Part shown: piece by piece, positions 11,301 to 22,450 of the stretch
Numbering within the stretch: the first letter of the stretch is position 1
Layout of the letters: each line of letters begins with the position of its first letter
DNA from: Pristiophorus japonicus
Taxonomy: Eukaryota
Direction of reading: 5' to 3'
DNA: 64,000 bases
Assembly: GCF_044704955.1 (NCBI RefSeq)
Contig: NC_091991.1
Coordinates: 114,886,001 to 114,950,000 of the forward strand
Position numbers and translations under genes: made by a program
Notes under the pieces: model-generated
What the model saw: only the letters and a program-made list of their open reading frames with translations
Databases searched by the model: none
Told to the model about the DNA's origin: nothing

Positions 11301-13031
11301 CAATTCGGCACAGACCGTGCACCGAAAACTGCGCCGATGCACTCAGCAGGCTCCCACTAACCACCACTCAGGGGGCTACCGAGCATGCTGCTAAGATGGT
11401 CATGGCTGTTGAAGCTTTCGGAAGCGAAGGCTCACCCGTGACAGCCCGTCAGATTAAAATCTTGACAAATAGAGACCCGCTACTGTCTCTAGTCAAGAAA
11501 TGTGTCCAGAATGGGGACTGGGCAGCCACATACAGGGCATGCCCTGAGGAATTTAAACCATTTCACAGGCGCAGGGATGAACTCTCGATTCAGGCCGATT
11601 GCCTACTGTGGGGAAACCGCGTAGTCATGCCCCAGATGGGCAGAGAGGTGTTCATCAGAGAACTCCACAATGAGCACCCGGGCATTGTCATGATGAAGGC
11701 AATTGCCAGGTCACATGTTTGATGGCCAGGGATAGACGCAGATCTGGAACTTTGTGTTCGCAGGTGCAACACGTGTGCCCAGCTGGGCAATGCGCCCAGG
11801 GAAGCCCCCCTTAGCCACTGGCCATGGCCCGCCAAACCTTGGTCACGCATCCATGTGGACTACGCAAGTCCTTTCATGGGAAAAATGTTTTTGGTTGTAG
11901 TAGACGCCTACTCCAAATGGATCGAGTGTGACATTTTAAATTCAAGCACATCCTCTGCCACGGTAGAAAGTCTACGGGCAATGTTCGCCGCCCACGGTCT
12001 ACCGGATATCTTGGTCAGCGACAATGGCCCGTGCTTCACAAGCACTGAATTCCAGGACTTCATAGCAGGCAATGGAATTAACCATGTTAGAATGGCACCG
12101 TTCAAGCCAGCCTCAAACGGCCAGGCAGAACGAGCAGTGCAGATAATCAAACAGGGGATGCTCAGAATCCAAGGGGGTTCCCTACAAAGCCGCTTATCAC
12201 GCTTCCTGTTGATCTACAGATCCCGACCACACTCGTTCACAGGGGTTCCACCCGCAGAGCTGCGAATGAAAAGGACGCTCAAAACCCGGTTATCCCTTAT
12301 ACACCCCACCATGAAAGAAATTGGCGAGAGCAGGCGCCAGTCACAATATGACTACCATGACAGGAATGCGAGGGCGCGATGTATTGATGTAAATGACCCT
12401 GTTTTTGTCCTCAACTACGCTGCAGGGCCCAAATGGCTCGCAGGCACTGTGATTGCCAAAGAGGGAAATAGGATTCTGGTAGTTAAACTTACCAATGGAC
12501 AAATCTGCCGCAAACACGTGGATCAAACAAAAAGGAGGTTCAGCACCCCCATAGAAGAAGCAGAGGAAGAACACGATGTAGAGTTCACTCCACCAAAGGT
12601 GACCGAACACCAGAACCAAGTGGAGGAGAGCCCAGTCACTGTGGGCAGTCCGGACAGGCCTGAGGCACCGCAAACAGCAGACACTCAGGCAAGCGCCCAA
12701 CAACCGGAGCCCCAACTCAGGCGCTCTACAAGGGAGCGTAAACCACCAGAGAGACTCAACCTGTGATCCCATGGGGGGAGATGATGTCATGTATTCAACC
12801 ATCATTGTAACCCATGTATAAACTGACCTAAGTTATACACTGTGAGAACAATGACCACTCGGTGGTGAACTTGTGGGAGACATTCCTAACCTGGACTTTC
12901 AGGTATAAAAGGGGAAGCTCCACCCACCTTCATCACTTGAGTGCTAAGAAATAAAGGTTACTGGTCATAAAGTGACCTTCTCTCAAGCATGGGCCTCGTA
13001 TGCATTTATACTGTATAGTAAGGACATGTTA
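8363..13031 (+). mobile_element. Gypsy (Mag/K02A2.6-like) LTR retrotransposon, full structure, disabled
   Basis: LTRs 8363-8609 and 12785-13031 (247 bp, about 9 substitutions); TSD AGAAT; PBS TGGCGACGAG at 8611 (tRNA-Ser GCU-like); PPT GGGGGGAG. Domains: gag with CCHC-type knuckles, protease (LDTEAS), RT (FQDD), RNase H, integrase (SDNGPCF, GPKW). Confidence 0.97.
8647..12766 (+). pseudogene. Gypsy gag-pol polyprotein, broken by stops and frameshifts
   Basis: ORF fragments 8451-8948, 8973-9581, 9536-10411, 10321-10823, 10988-11722 and 11855-12766 fall in gag-PR-RT-RH-IN order. Confidence 0.93.
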
Positions 13032-13139
13032 AGAATAACACACATCTGTCTGGTAATCCAGATGTAGTGGCTAGAAACTCGTGGACTATGGATCTGAAAA
13101 CCAAAAGTATTCATTTTAAGGACATGGGTGTCCCCTGCG

Positions 13140-14325
13140 CGGTCATCTGCGGCTCAGTGGGTGGCACTCTCATTGATGGTTCAAGCCCCATTACAGAGAC
13201 CTGAGCACAAAATTTAGGCGGACACTCCATTGCAGTACTGAGGGAGTGTTGCACTCACGGAGGTACCCTCTTTCAGATGAGATAATAAACCGAGGCCCCT
13301 TCCTCTCTCTCAGGTGGACATAAAAGATCCCATGACACTATTGTGAAAAAGAGCAGGGGAGTTCTCCCCGGTGTCGTGGCCGATATTTATCCCTCAACCA
13401 TCACGAAAAAAATATTGGGGCTGAATTAGCGACCCGAACGAGTGCGTATGAGGTGTGCATGCGCCTGTAGGAGCCCCGCAAGTTCCGGGTTTAGGCATGC
13501 ATTGCGCATGCGCTGAAACCCGGAACTTGAAATCTGTCAAGAATCCTCTTGACAGATCATAGAAATGTGAAAGAAATAGGCCCCAGTGGGCGGAGAGTTG
13601 GGCTATTTGTCCAGCGAATGCCCTTGAAATTCTTGTGCCTGGTAAAAGCAGGCGTAAGGCCTTCTATTACCAACATAAAATGTTTAAAAACAGAAAAATA
13701 AAAGTTTATCACTCATTTATACATTAAAAACCCTGTCCAATAAGGAACATTTATTTAGCTCCGTTAAAACATATTACAAAAAATTTCAAAAATTAAATGT
13801 TTGTTTAAAATATTTAATTAAATGGCATTTTAATTAATTTTAAATATGTAATGTGTTATTTTATTTATTTCATGTGTTTGTATCTTTTTAAGTGATCTCC
13901 ATTCATACTTATGGGAGTTCCGTACAAACGGAAACCCCAGAAGTATGAATGGGGATTCCCTTCTTTTATTGGTTGGGGCGAGCCCATGTAATCCCAGCGG
14001 TGCTTGTGAACTGCCTGCACCCCTGGGATATGTGGGCCTCTACCCACGTGTATTCTTGAGGCCCAGAAGTGCGAAACTATAAACCTCCCGGACCACCAGG
14101 TAAATTCGTAGATTTTTTGCCGGTCGGAGGCACCCAACTGCAAATTTTGGGCCATTGTCTGGTTGTTATAACATTGCTCTTTGTGGGACATTGCTGTGTG
14201 CAAATTGGCTGCCGCATTTCCTACAATACAACAGTGACTACACTTTAAGTACTTAATTGGCTGTACAGCACTTTGGGGTGTTCTGAGGACATGACAGGTG
14301 TGATATAAATGCAAGCCTTAATTTC
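13140..14325 (+). mobile_element. DeuSINE split by a MITE (13140-13416 and 14154-14325)
   Basis: The SINE sequence resumes where it was interrupted (…aaatatt|…|attgtctggttgttataacattgc). Confidence 0.8.
13417..14153. mobile_element. Harbinger-type MITE, family B
   Basis: TIR-like ends GGGGCTGAATT / AATTTTGGGCC, ATT duplication, internal hairpins; inserted in a DeuSINE. Confidence 0.78.
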
Positions 14326-15284
14326 ATTGTCTAAGCTTTCTGTGATTACAGAGCCCATACATTCTAAAAAGGGCAGGAGAAATGTGCCAATCCCATGTAC
14401 TCTAATAAGGGGGGTCTGTGATTACCCACTGCAACGCACTTTAATTAGGGGCAGGAGAATAGCTGCGATTCTCCAATCTCACCTAGTATAATTAGGGGGT
14501 CGGAGAGGGGGGGGGATGTTAGGCTTTGATTACCTGATCTCATCTACTCTAATTACATAAAATTACAATACGGAAACAGACCCTGTGGCCCAAACAGTTA
14601 GTGTTGGTGTTTAATCTCCTCAATCGATGGTCCTAATTCCATGTGCCCACCCCGCTCCCACATCCCAGGTGGAGCTAAAGTGGGACGTGCTGCTTATCAG
14701 GCAGCTGTGGTGTTCGCTGCTTTACCAAGAGATTGACTTTTGCCGTCTGGGTGAATTGAGATTTCCTCTTAAAAAGGAGGCTTGATTTTGTCACAGCGCG
14801 GTTTAAAGGAAAGCTATCTTCATGCAAGATGAGTAACTGAGAGAGACGTGAGAAGGGTGGGGGTGTAATTGGTTGTCATGTTCACTATAAAACATCTCCT
14901 TGAGACTACTGCATTGTGATTGACAACTCAACTGAGCCATTATGTAACTGAAAGACATCAAACACATTCTTAGTACCAACTGAGCATGAAATACGGCTAC
15001 CCAGAGGAGCACATGCTGGAGAGCACAATGCCGCTACTGTGCCAATGCAGACCCTCTAGGTCACTACTTGGTGGTCTGCAGTTGATGGCATTTTAGCTCA
15101 GAGTGATTTTATGTTGTGGGTATCGATGTCCTGACAGCTAACTTGACAACGTTCCAACCTAATTCACACAGAGCCTTTCAACAGCTAGCAGACTGCTGTT
15201 ACATTCATGATCTGATTTCTAGCATTTGAAGGCAAATTGGACAGTTTCTATCTTGGGCTTTATTTCTATCCGACCATAGTTAAT

Positions 15285-15730
15285 GACATCTTAGCTCAGT
15301 GGTAGCACTTTCACCTCTTAGCCAGAACATCATGGGTTCAAGCCCCAAACCAGAACTTGAGCATATAATCTACACTGACTCATTCATTGTAGTACTGAGG
15401 GAGTGCCATGTTGTCACAGTGGCAACTTTTGAATCAGGTAGTAAACAAGACTCTGTGTGTCTGTTCAGGAGGATGTAAAAGATCCCACAGCACTAATTAA
15501 AGAAGAGTAGGGAGTTCTATTGGTGTCCAGGCCAACGTTCATCCCTTGATCAACACCACCAAAAACAGATTAACTGTTCATTCATCTTATTTCCTATGTG
15601 TGGGACCGTTAAGTGCACAAATTGGCTCCCTATGTTTGCTGAGATAAAAGTGATTGCATTTCAAAATAATTCAATGGCTGTGAAGCTCTTTAGATATGTG
15701 GAATGTGCTATATAAATGCAAACAAATGAT
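15285..15730 (+). mobile_element. Older DeuSINE copy
   Basis: Degenerate A/B box head and Deu core GGATGTAAAAGATCCCACAGCACTA. Confidence 0.75.
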
Positions 15731-16312
15731 CTTTGTTTGATCTGTGATTCACCTGGGCTGAATTGGATGAAAATCAACTTTTTAAATTTTGTGTGTGTTT
15801 TTTTAAAGCCTTCTGTTCTTGCCCCTCCTTCTTGGAGGCTGAGCCTCCTTGTTGGGGTGTGGTTTTGTGAATGTGCATGAAGAAGTTGTGAATGTGTCAG
15901 TTGAAGGGGATCATGGGAAGATAGCTTTTGTGAATGTGTCAGTTGAAGAGGATCATGGGAAGATAGCTAAAAGAAAATGTCAAGCTGCAAATATCCCTGG
16001 AGCCTGCCCTATTTGGAGAGTTGTTAGCCTGCAATTGGGTATGCTATGGGGGAAGCCGACCAATGATTGTATAAACTGAGTGCCACTCAAATACGTTCTG
16101 CTGTAACAATGTATAAATATTGAGCTTTTGTACTGTTATGAGACTTGTCAAGAGAGAGGTGAACAGGTTCAAATCGAGGGTGTTCCCTTTATCTTAACAG
16201 GTCCCGGCCGGAGAATCTCTAATAAAGGTCTTATGTTGTGAAGACTAAAAGTGTTCGTGTGTCAGTGAATTTGCTGAAACAGATTGAAGGGAAAAAAATC
16301 CGTATTAACATT

Positions 16313-16330
16313 TGGTGTCAGAAGTGGGAT
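16313..16330 (+). promoter_or_regulatory. ERV primer-binding site complementary to tRNA-Leu(CAA)
   Basis: TGGTGTCAGAAGTGGGAT, 2 nt after the LTR end; matches the recalled vertebrate tRNA-Leu(CAA) 3' end. Confidence 0.85.
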
Positions 16331-17409
16331 CTCAACGGACAACTGCCGAAAACTTGCGAATTAAGAGCCAGACTAGCCTTGGACGAGACGAGAGGAAAAT
16401 GGCCACTGGAGTAAGTATAATTTCAATACTGCTCCAGTTTCCTCTGGTTTCAAAAGTCTGAGGAAAGTTTAGCCACTCGCTGGTTCTCAGGTGGTGTCTG
16501 AACGAGACCCAGGTCAATCTGGCGAATACTTTCTAAACTTAGGAAATAAGTGTCCAAGTCAGGTGTGATGTCGACCTTGTATATCACTTGGCCCGTCTAG
16601 GCACTGATTGGATTTAAATCTGGAACCTAGAAAAAATTAAGTAAGGATTATTGTGCAGCGACACGAACAGGAAAACCGTGCGGCGACACGGAGGGATAGA
16701 GAATCGCGCGAACCGCGTAGGGAAACGAGGAGGTTAGGGAATTACGTAAAATTAAGCTGCGGGACTACGCGGGACTGTGTAAATTTTAAATTGTACTTAC
16801 GCCAGGTATGGTGTCGATCTTGTATATCACTTGGTCCGCCTAGGCTCTGGGTAAGATAACTGAAACCACCACGGGGCGACGTGGGGACAATCAGGACTAA
16901 TTAGGACCCTGATCCAACGTGCGGCAACACAAGGATGGGTAATTTAGATAAAACTACGAATTCCCTGAAAGGTCATGGATCCAAAAATAGAGCCGACCAA
17001 AACAATTAATAGGAAAGAAGAGAGACTCTTGTGAACGTCTGTTTTAAATGAGAAATGCTTGTATGATTTTTACTGTGGATAAGGAAGCCTGTGTAGGAAA
17101 CCGCGGAGTTGTGGTTTGTTTTAGCTCCACCCACTTTTTCAAACAGTGAAAGTTTTTTTAACCCTTCGTAGTGTTGTCCTGTATGTGGGAAGTTTAAGAG
17201 TGTGAACCTTATTGAATTACGTATATTCGGACAATAAGTTACGGAGCCAGGAAATGCACAAAGGATAGGTTTGTTGAGTAAAAAAAAATACATGGTCCCG
17301 GTGGTTAAAAAAGGATTTAATAGCCAAATGGAGACAGTACTGTCAAAAGCTGAAAGATGAGTCCCTTCTGTCATGCTGGCAGGAAAACGCCACTAAACTA
17401 GGACTCTCC

Positions 17410-19039
17410 TTGACAGAAGGAGGACATGTTAAAACTGTAGACGTCTTAAAGAAAGAGTGCGCGCAAGAGAAATGTACTAAGAGTTCCCCTGGGACCTCTG
17501 AGAAGGGTACCGATAGACTACGTAGTCGAATAGTTGGCTTTGCGTTGGCCGAGGCTGATGAGGGAATTGATGAATGGACACTGACTCGGCGCCCAACGGC
17601 GCCTTCCGCAGCCCCTGACCCCTTGCCCCAGTCCTCTTCCCATCCCCCTTACACTCCGGCGCGAGGAGTTAAAGATAAATGTAACCCCACACCAATGAAG
17701 CGACAAGCCCAAACGGATTCCTCATCCTCTGATAGCAATTCAGATCCCCAGTTCACAGGCAATATAGCTGAGAGGACCAGATCTCACACTCGGAAGGGCA
17801 GAACTATATCTCGACATCACAGACAGTCCCGCAAATCCTCTAGTCAGACTACCAGTCCCAGTTGTGAAAGGCATAGCAGACACTCCTGCCGATCGAGACG
17901 TGGAGGTACCGAGCAGTCAGACAGCTCCGAACCATCCTCCGACCTAGAAATGCCTTCCAAGATTGACACCCCCATCCCAAAGCCCCGACACCAGTTCCCA
18001 GTCTGACCAATGCCAAACCCTGATGCACAACAAGCTGCAAACCACCCCACCATAGATGTCTATGTGCCCTGGAAACCGAACGAAATTATGGCCCTTCTAG
18101 CCACCATACCAGATCGGGAAAAAAAGAACCTGTCAAGTTTATAGATCATCTTTGAACTACTATTTCAGTTTTTAATGCAGAATCAAGAGACTTGTGGTCC
18201 TTAGTGCAGCAGACCCTGAGCCCAACTGAACACGTCCGGTTCTTAGAAAATTTGGGGCGAGCCACCCATGATGCATTAGTGACTGCTCACCCTAATAATG
18301 CCCAGGATCGCCTAAAGGCTAACTTTAATGCTCTCAGCAAGACCCTTCAGAAGCCCATCAGTATGGTAGCAGTATTAGAAACTAAACCCAAACGAGAAGA
18401 AACTGCCGATGAATTCATGGAAAGATTTATTGAAATATACGGAGGTCAATCAGGAGATAATGCCTTCAGGGCAGGAGAGGATTCTCCTCAATTCTGCGCT
18501 ATCCTACTTCAGTGCCTGCCCTATTCGATTGCTCACGCTATCCGGACAAATAATATGAATTGGGCAGATAACAGTAAAGCCCAGTTGGAAAGGGCAGTTA
18601 AATATTATTGGCAGGAAAAGAAAGGAGAGGGGGCAGGTGCGCCCCCAACCCGGGTCAAGACTGAATACGTGACTAGAAAGGAAGAGCCGTCTCAGGTGGA
18701 AGGACCAAAACCCGACCCAAGGGGATACCGCAGTATTGCGTGCAGGGTTGGGTGGATAAACAGGGATACGGTTATACCAAACACCTAAATGGCCCGGGCT
18801 CTGCTAATTACGGACCGCCCTATTGTCCCCGGCCTGGTATGGGAAGAGGTCGGGGCTGGGAAAGACGAGATGGATGCTTTAATTGTGGGCAAGAAGGACA
18901 TTGGAGTAGAGAGTGTCCCTCCCATCGGCACGAAAGAGGAGGAGGAGGAAGAGGAGGGGGGCAAGGGGGGAGAGGACGGGGATCTTACAGTAACTTCTCC
19001 CAGAACAACCCCTTTGGCCAACTGTCCCCGATTACGTAG
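17410..19039 (+). pseudogene. gag: ERV gag (frameshifted): Pro/Ser/Arg-rich region with PPY, capsid, CCHC nucleocapsid
   Basis: ORF fragments 17410-18006, 18192-18788 (MHR-like ETADEFMERF) and 18740-19039 (CFNCGQEGHWSREC, RGG-rich). Confidence 0.85.
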
Positions 19040-19059
19040 CTTGATTGTACAGAGAACCT

Positions 19060-20866
19060 CCCCGGATGACGAACCAATTTGCCAGTTTCCAGTCCCTAGC
19101 ACGGCTAAACAAATGCGGCAGTGGTTGGGGATGATCAATTACTGTAGATCCTGGATCCCTAATGTTGCCCTGATGACTAAGCACCTCACCCCGTATACAA
19201 ATAAGGAAGGCAGCTTTGAAATAAAAACCGCAGACGTCCAAGCCTTTAAGGAACTAAAGACAGCCCTGCTGCAAGCTCCGGCTTTGGGCCGGCCCCTCTA
19301 TGACCGGCCCTTTCAACTGTATTGAACAATCCTGAAAGACTGTGCTACCGTTGTCTTAACACCTCTCACTCCGTAGCTGCCCTCCTGAGCCAACTGCAGA
19401 CTCAACACCTTACCTTTCGGCACTGTACTGCAATTAATCCGGCCTGTTTTCTTACTGAGCCACCCCAAAATGAGGAAGAAACCAGTCATGATTGTTTATC
19501 TTTAATTCAAGAGGCCTCATCGGTCAGGGAAGATTTAGTTGACGTACCAATGGAAGACCCAGACTGTATTATGTATGTTGATGGAAGTTCTTCTATTAAT
19601 CCAGAAGGTGCATGAATCTCAGGATAGGCCATAGTAAACCAGGAGAATCTGCCGCCTTTGAAACCGCCTATTCCGCCCAACAAGCTGAACTATTCGCCCT
19701 CACCCGAGCCTTTATCTTGGCCAAAGATCTCAAAGTTAATATCTATACCGACTCTAGGTATGCCTTTGGGGTAGCCCATGATTTCGGACAATTATGGATA
19801 AATAGGGGATTCCTAACCTCACAGGGGAATGAGATATCCCATAGGCAACCAGTATCTGATTTGTTGCAAGCCCTCATGCTCCCCAAGCGTATTGCCATTG
19901 TCAAGTGTACCGCCCACACTACCGGAAAGTCTCCGGTTGAAATAGGAAACCGCTGTGCTGACAGAGAGGCTAAACAGGCCTCTTGCGGACAACAAATGGT
20001 GGTGCCTAGAATGATGAGTCAAACTAAAAATCCTGCCAAGGATAAGTTAGCCTCGGAAAAACCAATGCCAACCATCCAAGATGTCATTAAAGCACAGGAG
20101 GACGCTCCTGAAAAAGATAAACTATTGTGGAAAGATTATGGATGTACTTATGACAATGTTTCTAAACTCTGGACCACTCCCGCGGAACAGACTTGCATGT
20201 CTGACGAGTTGGCTCTATGAGTTATTGAATGTATGCATTTTGCTACTCATTGTGGAGCAAGGACCACGAGTGACACACTTTTGGCTACTTGGTGGCACCC
20301 TAGACTCCAGGTGCTCGCCCAGAACATCAGTAGCCATTGCCTGGTTTGCCAGCAGCATAATCCAGGGAAGGGAGTCCCCTGTGATTGGGGTAAGATGCCC
20401 TGACCCGAAGGTCCCTTTGAGACATTGCAATTGGACTACATTGAGTTGCAAAAAGTTCAGTGTTACAAATATGTGTTAGTAATAGTAGATGTGTTTAGCA
20501 GATGGATCGAAGCCTACCCTACCCTGGACAATAAGGCTCAAACTGTTGTTAAGGTGTTAATGAGGGAAATTGTTCCTAGATATGGTGTCCCAGCTCGACT
20601 GATGACCACCTATTTCTTTCTCTGACTCAGGCTCTGCGACTAGCTCACAACCAGGTTCGAGAGGCTCACCTCGACCTCCCAGTGTTACCCGAATCATTTC
20701 TCATGTGACCAGGGAAGTATGTCCTGATTAAGAAATGGATTCGAAAGGGACTAGAGCCACGATGGGAGGGGCCTTTTCAGGTGTTACTTACTACCCCCAC
20801 TACAGCTAAGGTTGAGGAGAGAAGCGCCTGGGTTCACCTGCACCACTGTAAACTTATTACTTCATA
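19060..20866 (+). pseudogene. pol: ERV pol remnant: RT thumb, RNase H and integrase; protease and RT catalytic core absent
   Basis: RQWLGMINYCRSWIP, YVDGSS, SAQQAEL, IYTDSRYAFG, LQLDYIEL..VDVFSRWIEA and a C-terminal PRWEGPF. No DTG protease motif and no RT YxDD. Confidence 0.88.
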
Positions 20867-20887
20867 ATGAGCCTATCTCACTGGTTG

Positions 20888-20911
20888 TCCTAACCCTTGT
20901 TTCTGTTCCAG
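20888..20911 (+). promoter_or_regulatory. Putative env splice acceptor
   Basis: Branch-like CTAAC, a pyrimidine tract and CAG about 160 nt upstream of the env ATG. Confidence 0.6.
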
Positions 20912-21070
20912 ACTTGCTCTCCTCCATAGCTGAATAAACCACATCCTTGGGGCAGGAAGAAAAACGCCAAGAACACGGCAGGAAAAAGGAACAAGCAGAC
21001 TTAGCTGTTTTCTGATCTATCCTTATCTTATTGTTAACTAATGTGTAGTATCATCTAAAATTATTTAAAC

Positions 21071-22450
21071 ATGTGTAAGCTAGCAGGTATAATTGTGCTA
21101 TCTTGTGCTATCCTAGCAGAACTAAAAGGGCTACAGGATAACTTATTTTATCGAACTGTGTGTTACCCACTAGCCCAATCAGTAGAGGCCCTGTTCGTGG
21201 CTACTTCTGGGTGGACTCCCCACGACTTATATACGGCAGATACCTCGGACGCACCCTGTGAGGGACAAACGGGCGAATATAGAAGGGGTATACCGGGAAG
21301 ATGTGTGGAATTAATAGACTCCATGAATCCTGAGTGTAGGGGATCCCAGGGAAAGAACGGAGCGGTATGTTCAGACAATGCAAGCTACCCGCTTTGCTTC
21401 TCAGGACAAGGGTGGGGGTGTGTATATGCCCTGGTCCCCGGGAATGCCACCTGTGTGCAGACGCAGTGTGCCCATCAGCACTGTCGAGTGCGTAAAGGCC
21501 AGTTTACCTGTACCTGTAACGAGCAAAGTTGCCTGAACGTGACCGCAGGAAGGCAAGTTATCTGCGGTCAGTGTAACGGAACTCATGTCAGCTCAGAAAC
21601 ATGGGCATACCCGTTTGATGCTTACCAATTGGTAGGATTGGGCTCAAATTCAAGGGAACCTAGCAATTGGTGGTATAAGCAGTTCACGAGTGTTAGCAAC
21701 ACCAACGTAAAGTGTTATAGAGCTAAGGAAGGATTCGTGTTCCTCCTCAACGGCACCTTCAAGACAGCAACACCGACCCTCCCGGTCCTCTTTGCAGTAG
21801 GAACTATAGGACCACTCACTGTCCCATGCCCCAAAAGGGGGCATACCCAGAGAAGGATAGTAACACGGGCCATCAGCAAGGAGTTCTGTGCCGATTGGGA
21901 GGATCCTATCACGTTGGGATCATCACTCCGCTACGGGTTCCTCGGGGCCCTATCTGTAGGGGGATCAGCGGGGGTAATTAGTGCCAAAAATAGGAACTAC
22001 CTTATTTGCGGATTGACCATTTTGGGAAATAGCACATCTAAGGGACTGGATGCCATTAACCGAGAGCTGTCTGAACTAAGATTGTATACGCAGCAAATCC
22101 GCTATGCCATGGATTATCAGCTGGCCCAACAAGGAGGAGTGTGCACAATTATAGGGAACAAATGTATAACACATGTCATGGATGAATCATATATCACCCA
22201 AGCTATTGACGCCATAAAGAAGCAGCTTGATGAGTTCAGGCAGGGCCCAAAGAAAGGAAATAGTTGGTTGGATTGGTTATTTGGAGGATCCTGGGGATCT
22301 TATTTAATGCATGGAGCAGTTATTCTCGTTATGATAATAGTTACCTGTTGTCTGATTATTGGTTGCTTTAATGTCTGTTGTAAAGTAATGATGGTAAAAT
22401 TGGAGCAAACTCTTAGTCACGAGTTCCCGGAATCTGGTTCAACAGACTAA
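21071..22450 (+). CDS. env: ERV envelope glycoprotein, open 459-aa ORF
   Basis: Signal peptide, Cys-rich SU with N-glycosylation sequons, basic site RRIVTR, internal Gly-rich fusion peptide, heptad with ISD-like QQIRYAMDYQLAQQGGVC, CX6C loop, Trp-rich MPER and TM anchor. Confidence 0.9.
   Translation: MCKLAGIIVLSCAILAELKGLQDNLFYRTVCYPLAQSVEALFVATSGWTPHDLYTADTSDAPCEGQTGEYRRGIPGRCVELIDSMNPECRGSQGKNGAVCSDNASYPLCFSGQGWGCVYALVPGNATCVQTQCAHQHCRVRKGQFTCTCNEQSCLNVTAGRQVICGQCNGTHVSSETWAYPFDAYQLVGLGSNSREPSNWWYKQFTSVSNTNVKCYRAKEGFVFLLNGTFKTATPTLPVLFAVGTIGPLTVPCPKRGHTQRRIVTRAISKEFCADWEDPITLGSSLRYGFLGALSVGGSAGVISAKNRNYLICGLTILGNSTSKGLDAINRELSELRLYTQQIRYAMDYQLAQQGGVCTIIGNKCITHVMDESYITQAIDAIKKQLDEFRQGPKKGNSWLDWLFGGSWGSYLMHGAVILVMIIVTCCLIIGCFNVCCKVMMVKLEQTLSHEFPESGSTD

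Noticed and set aside
16935-17009. Myristoylated gag start (MGNLDK)
   Set aside because: The frame closes after about 24 codons; it may be the decayed start but cannot be supported.
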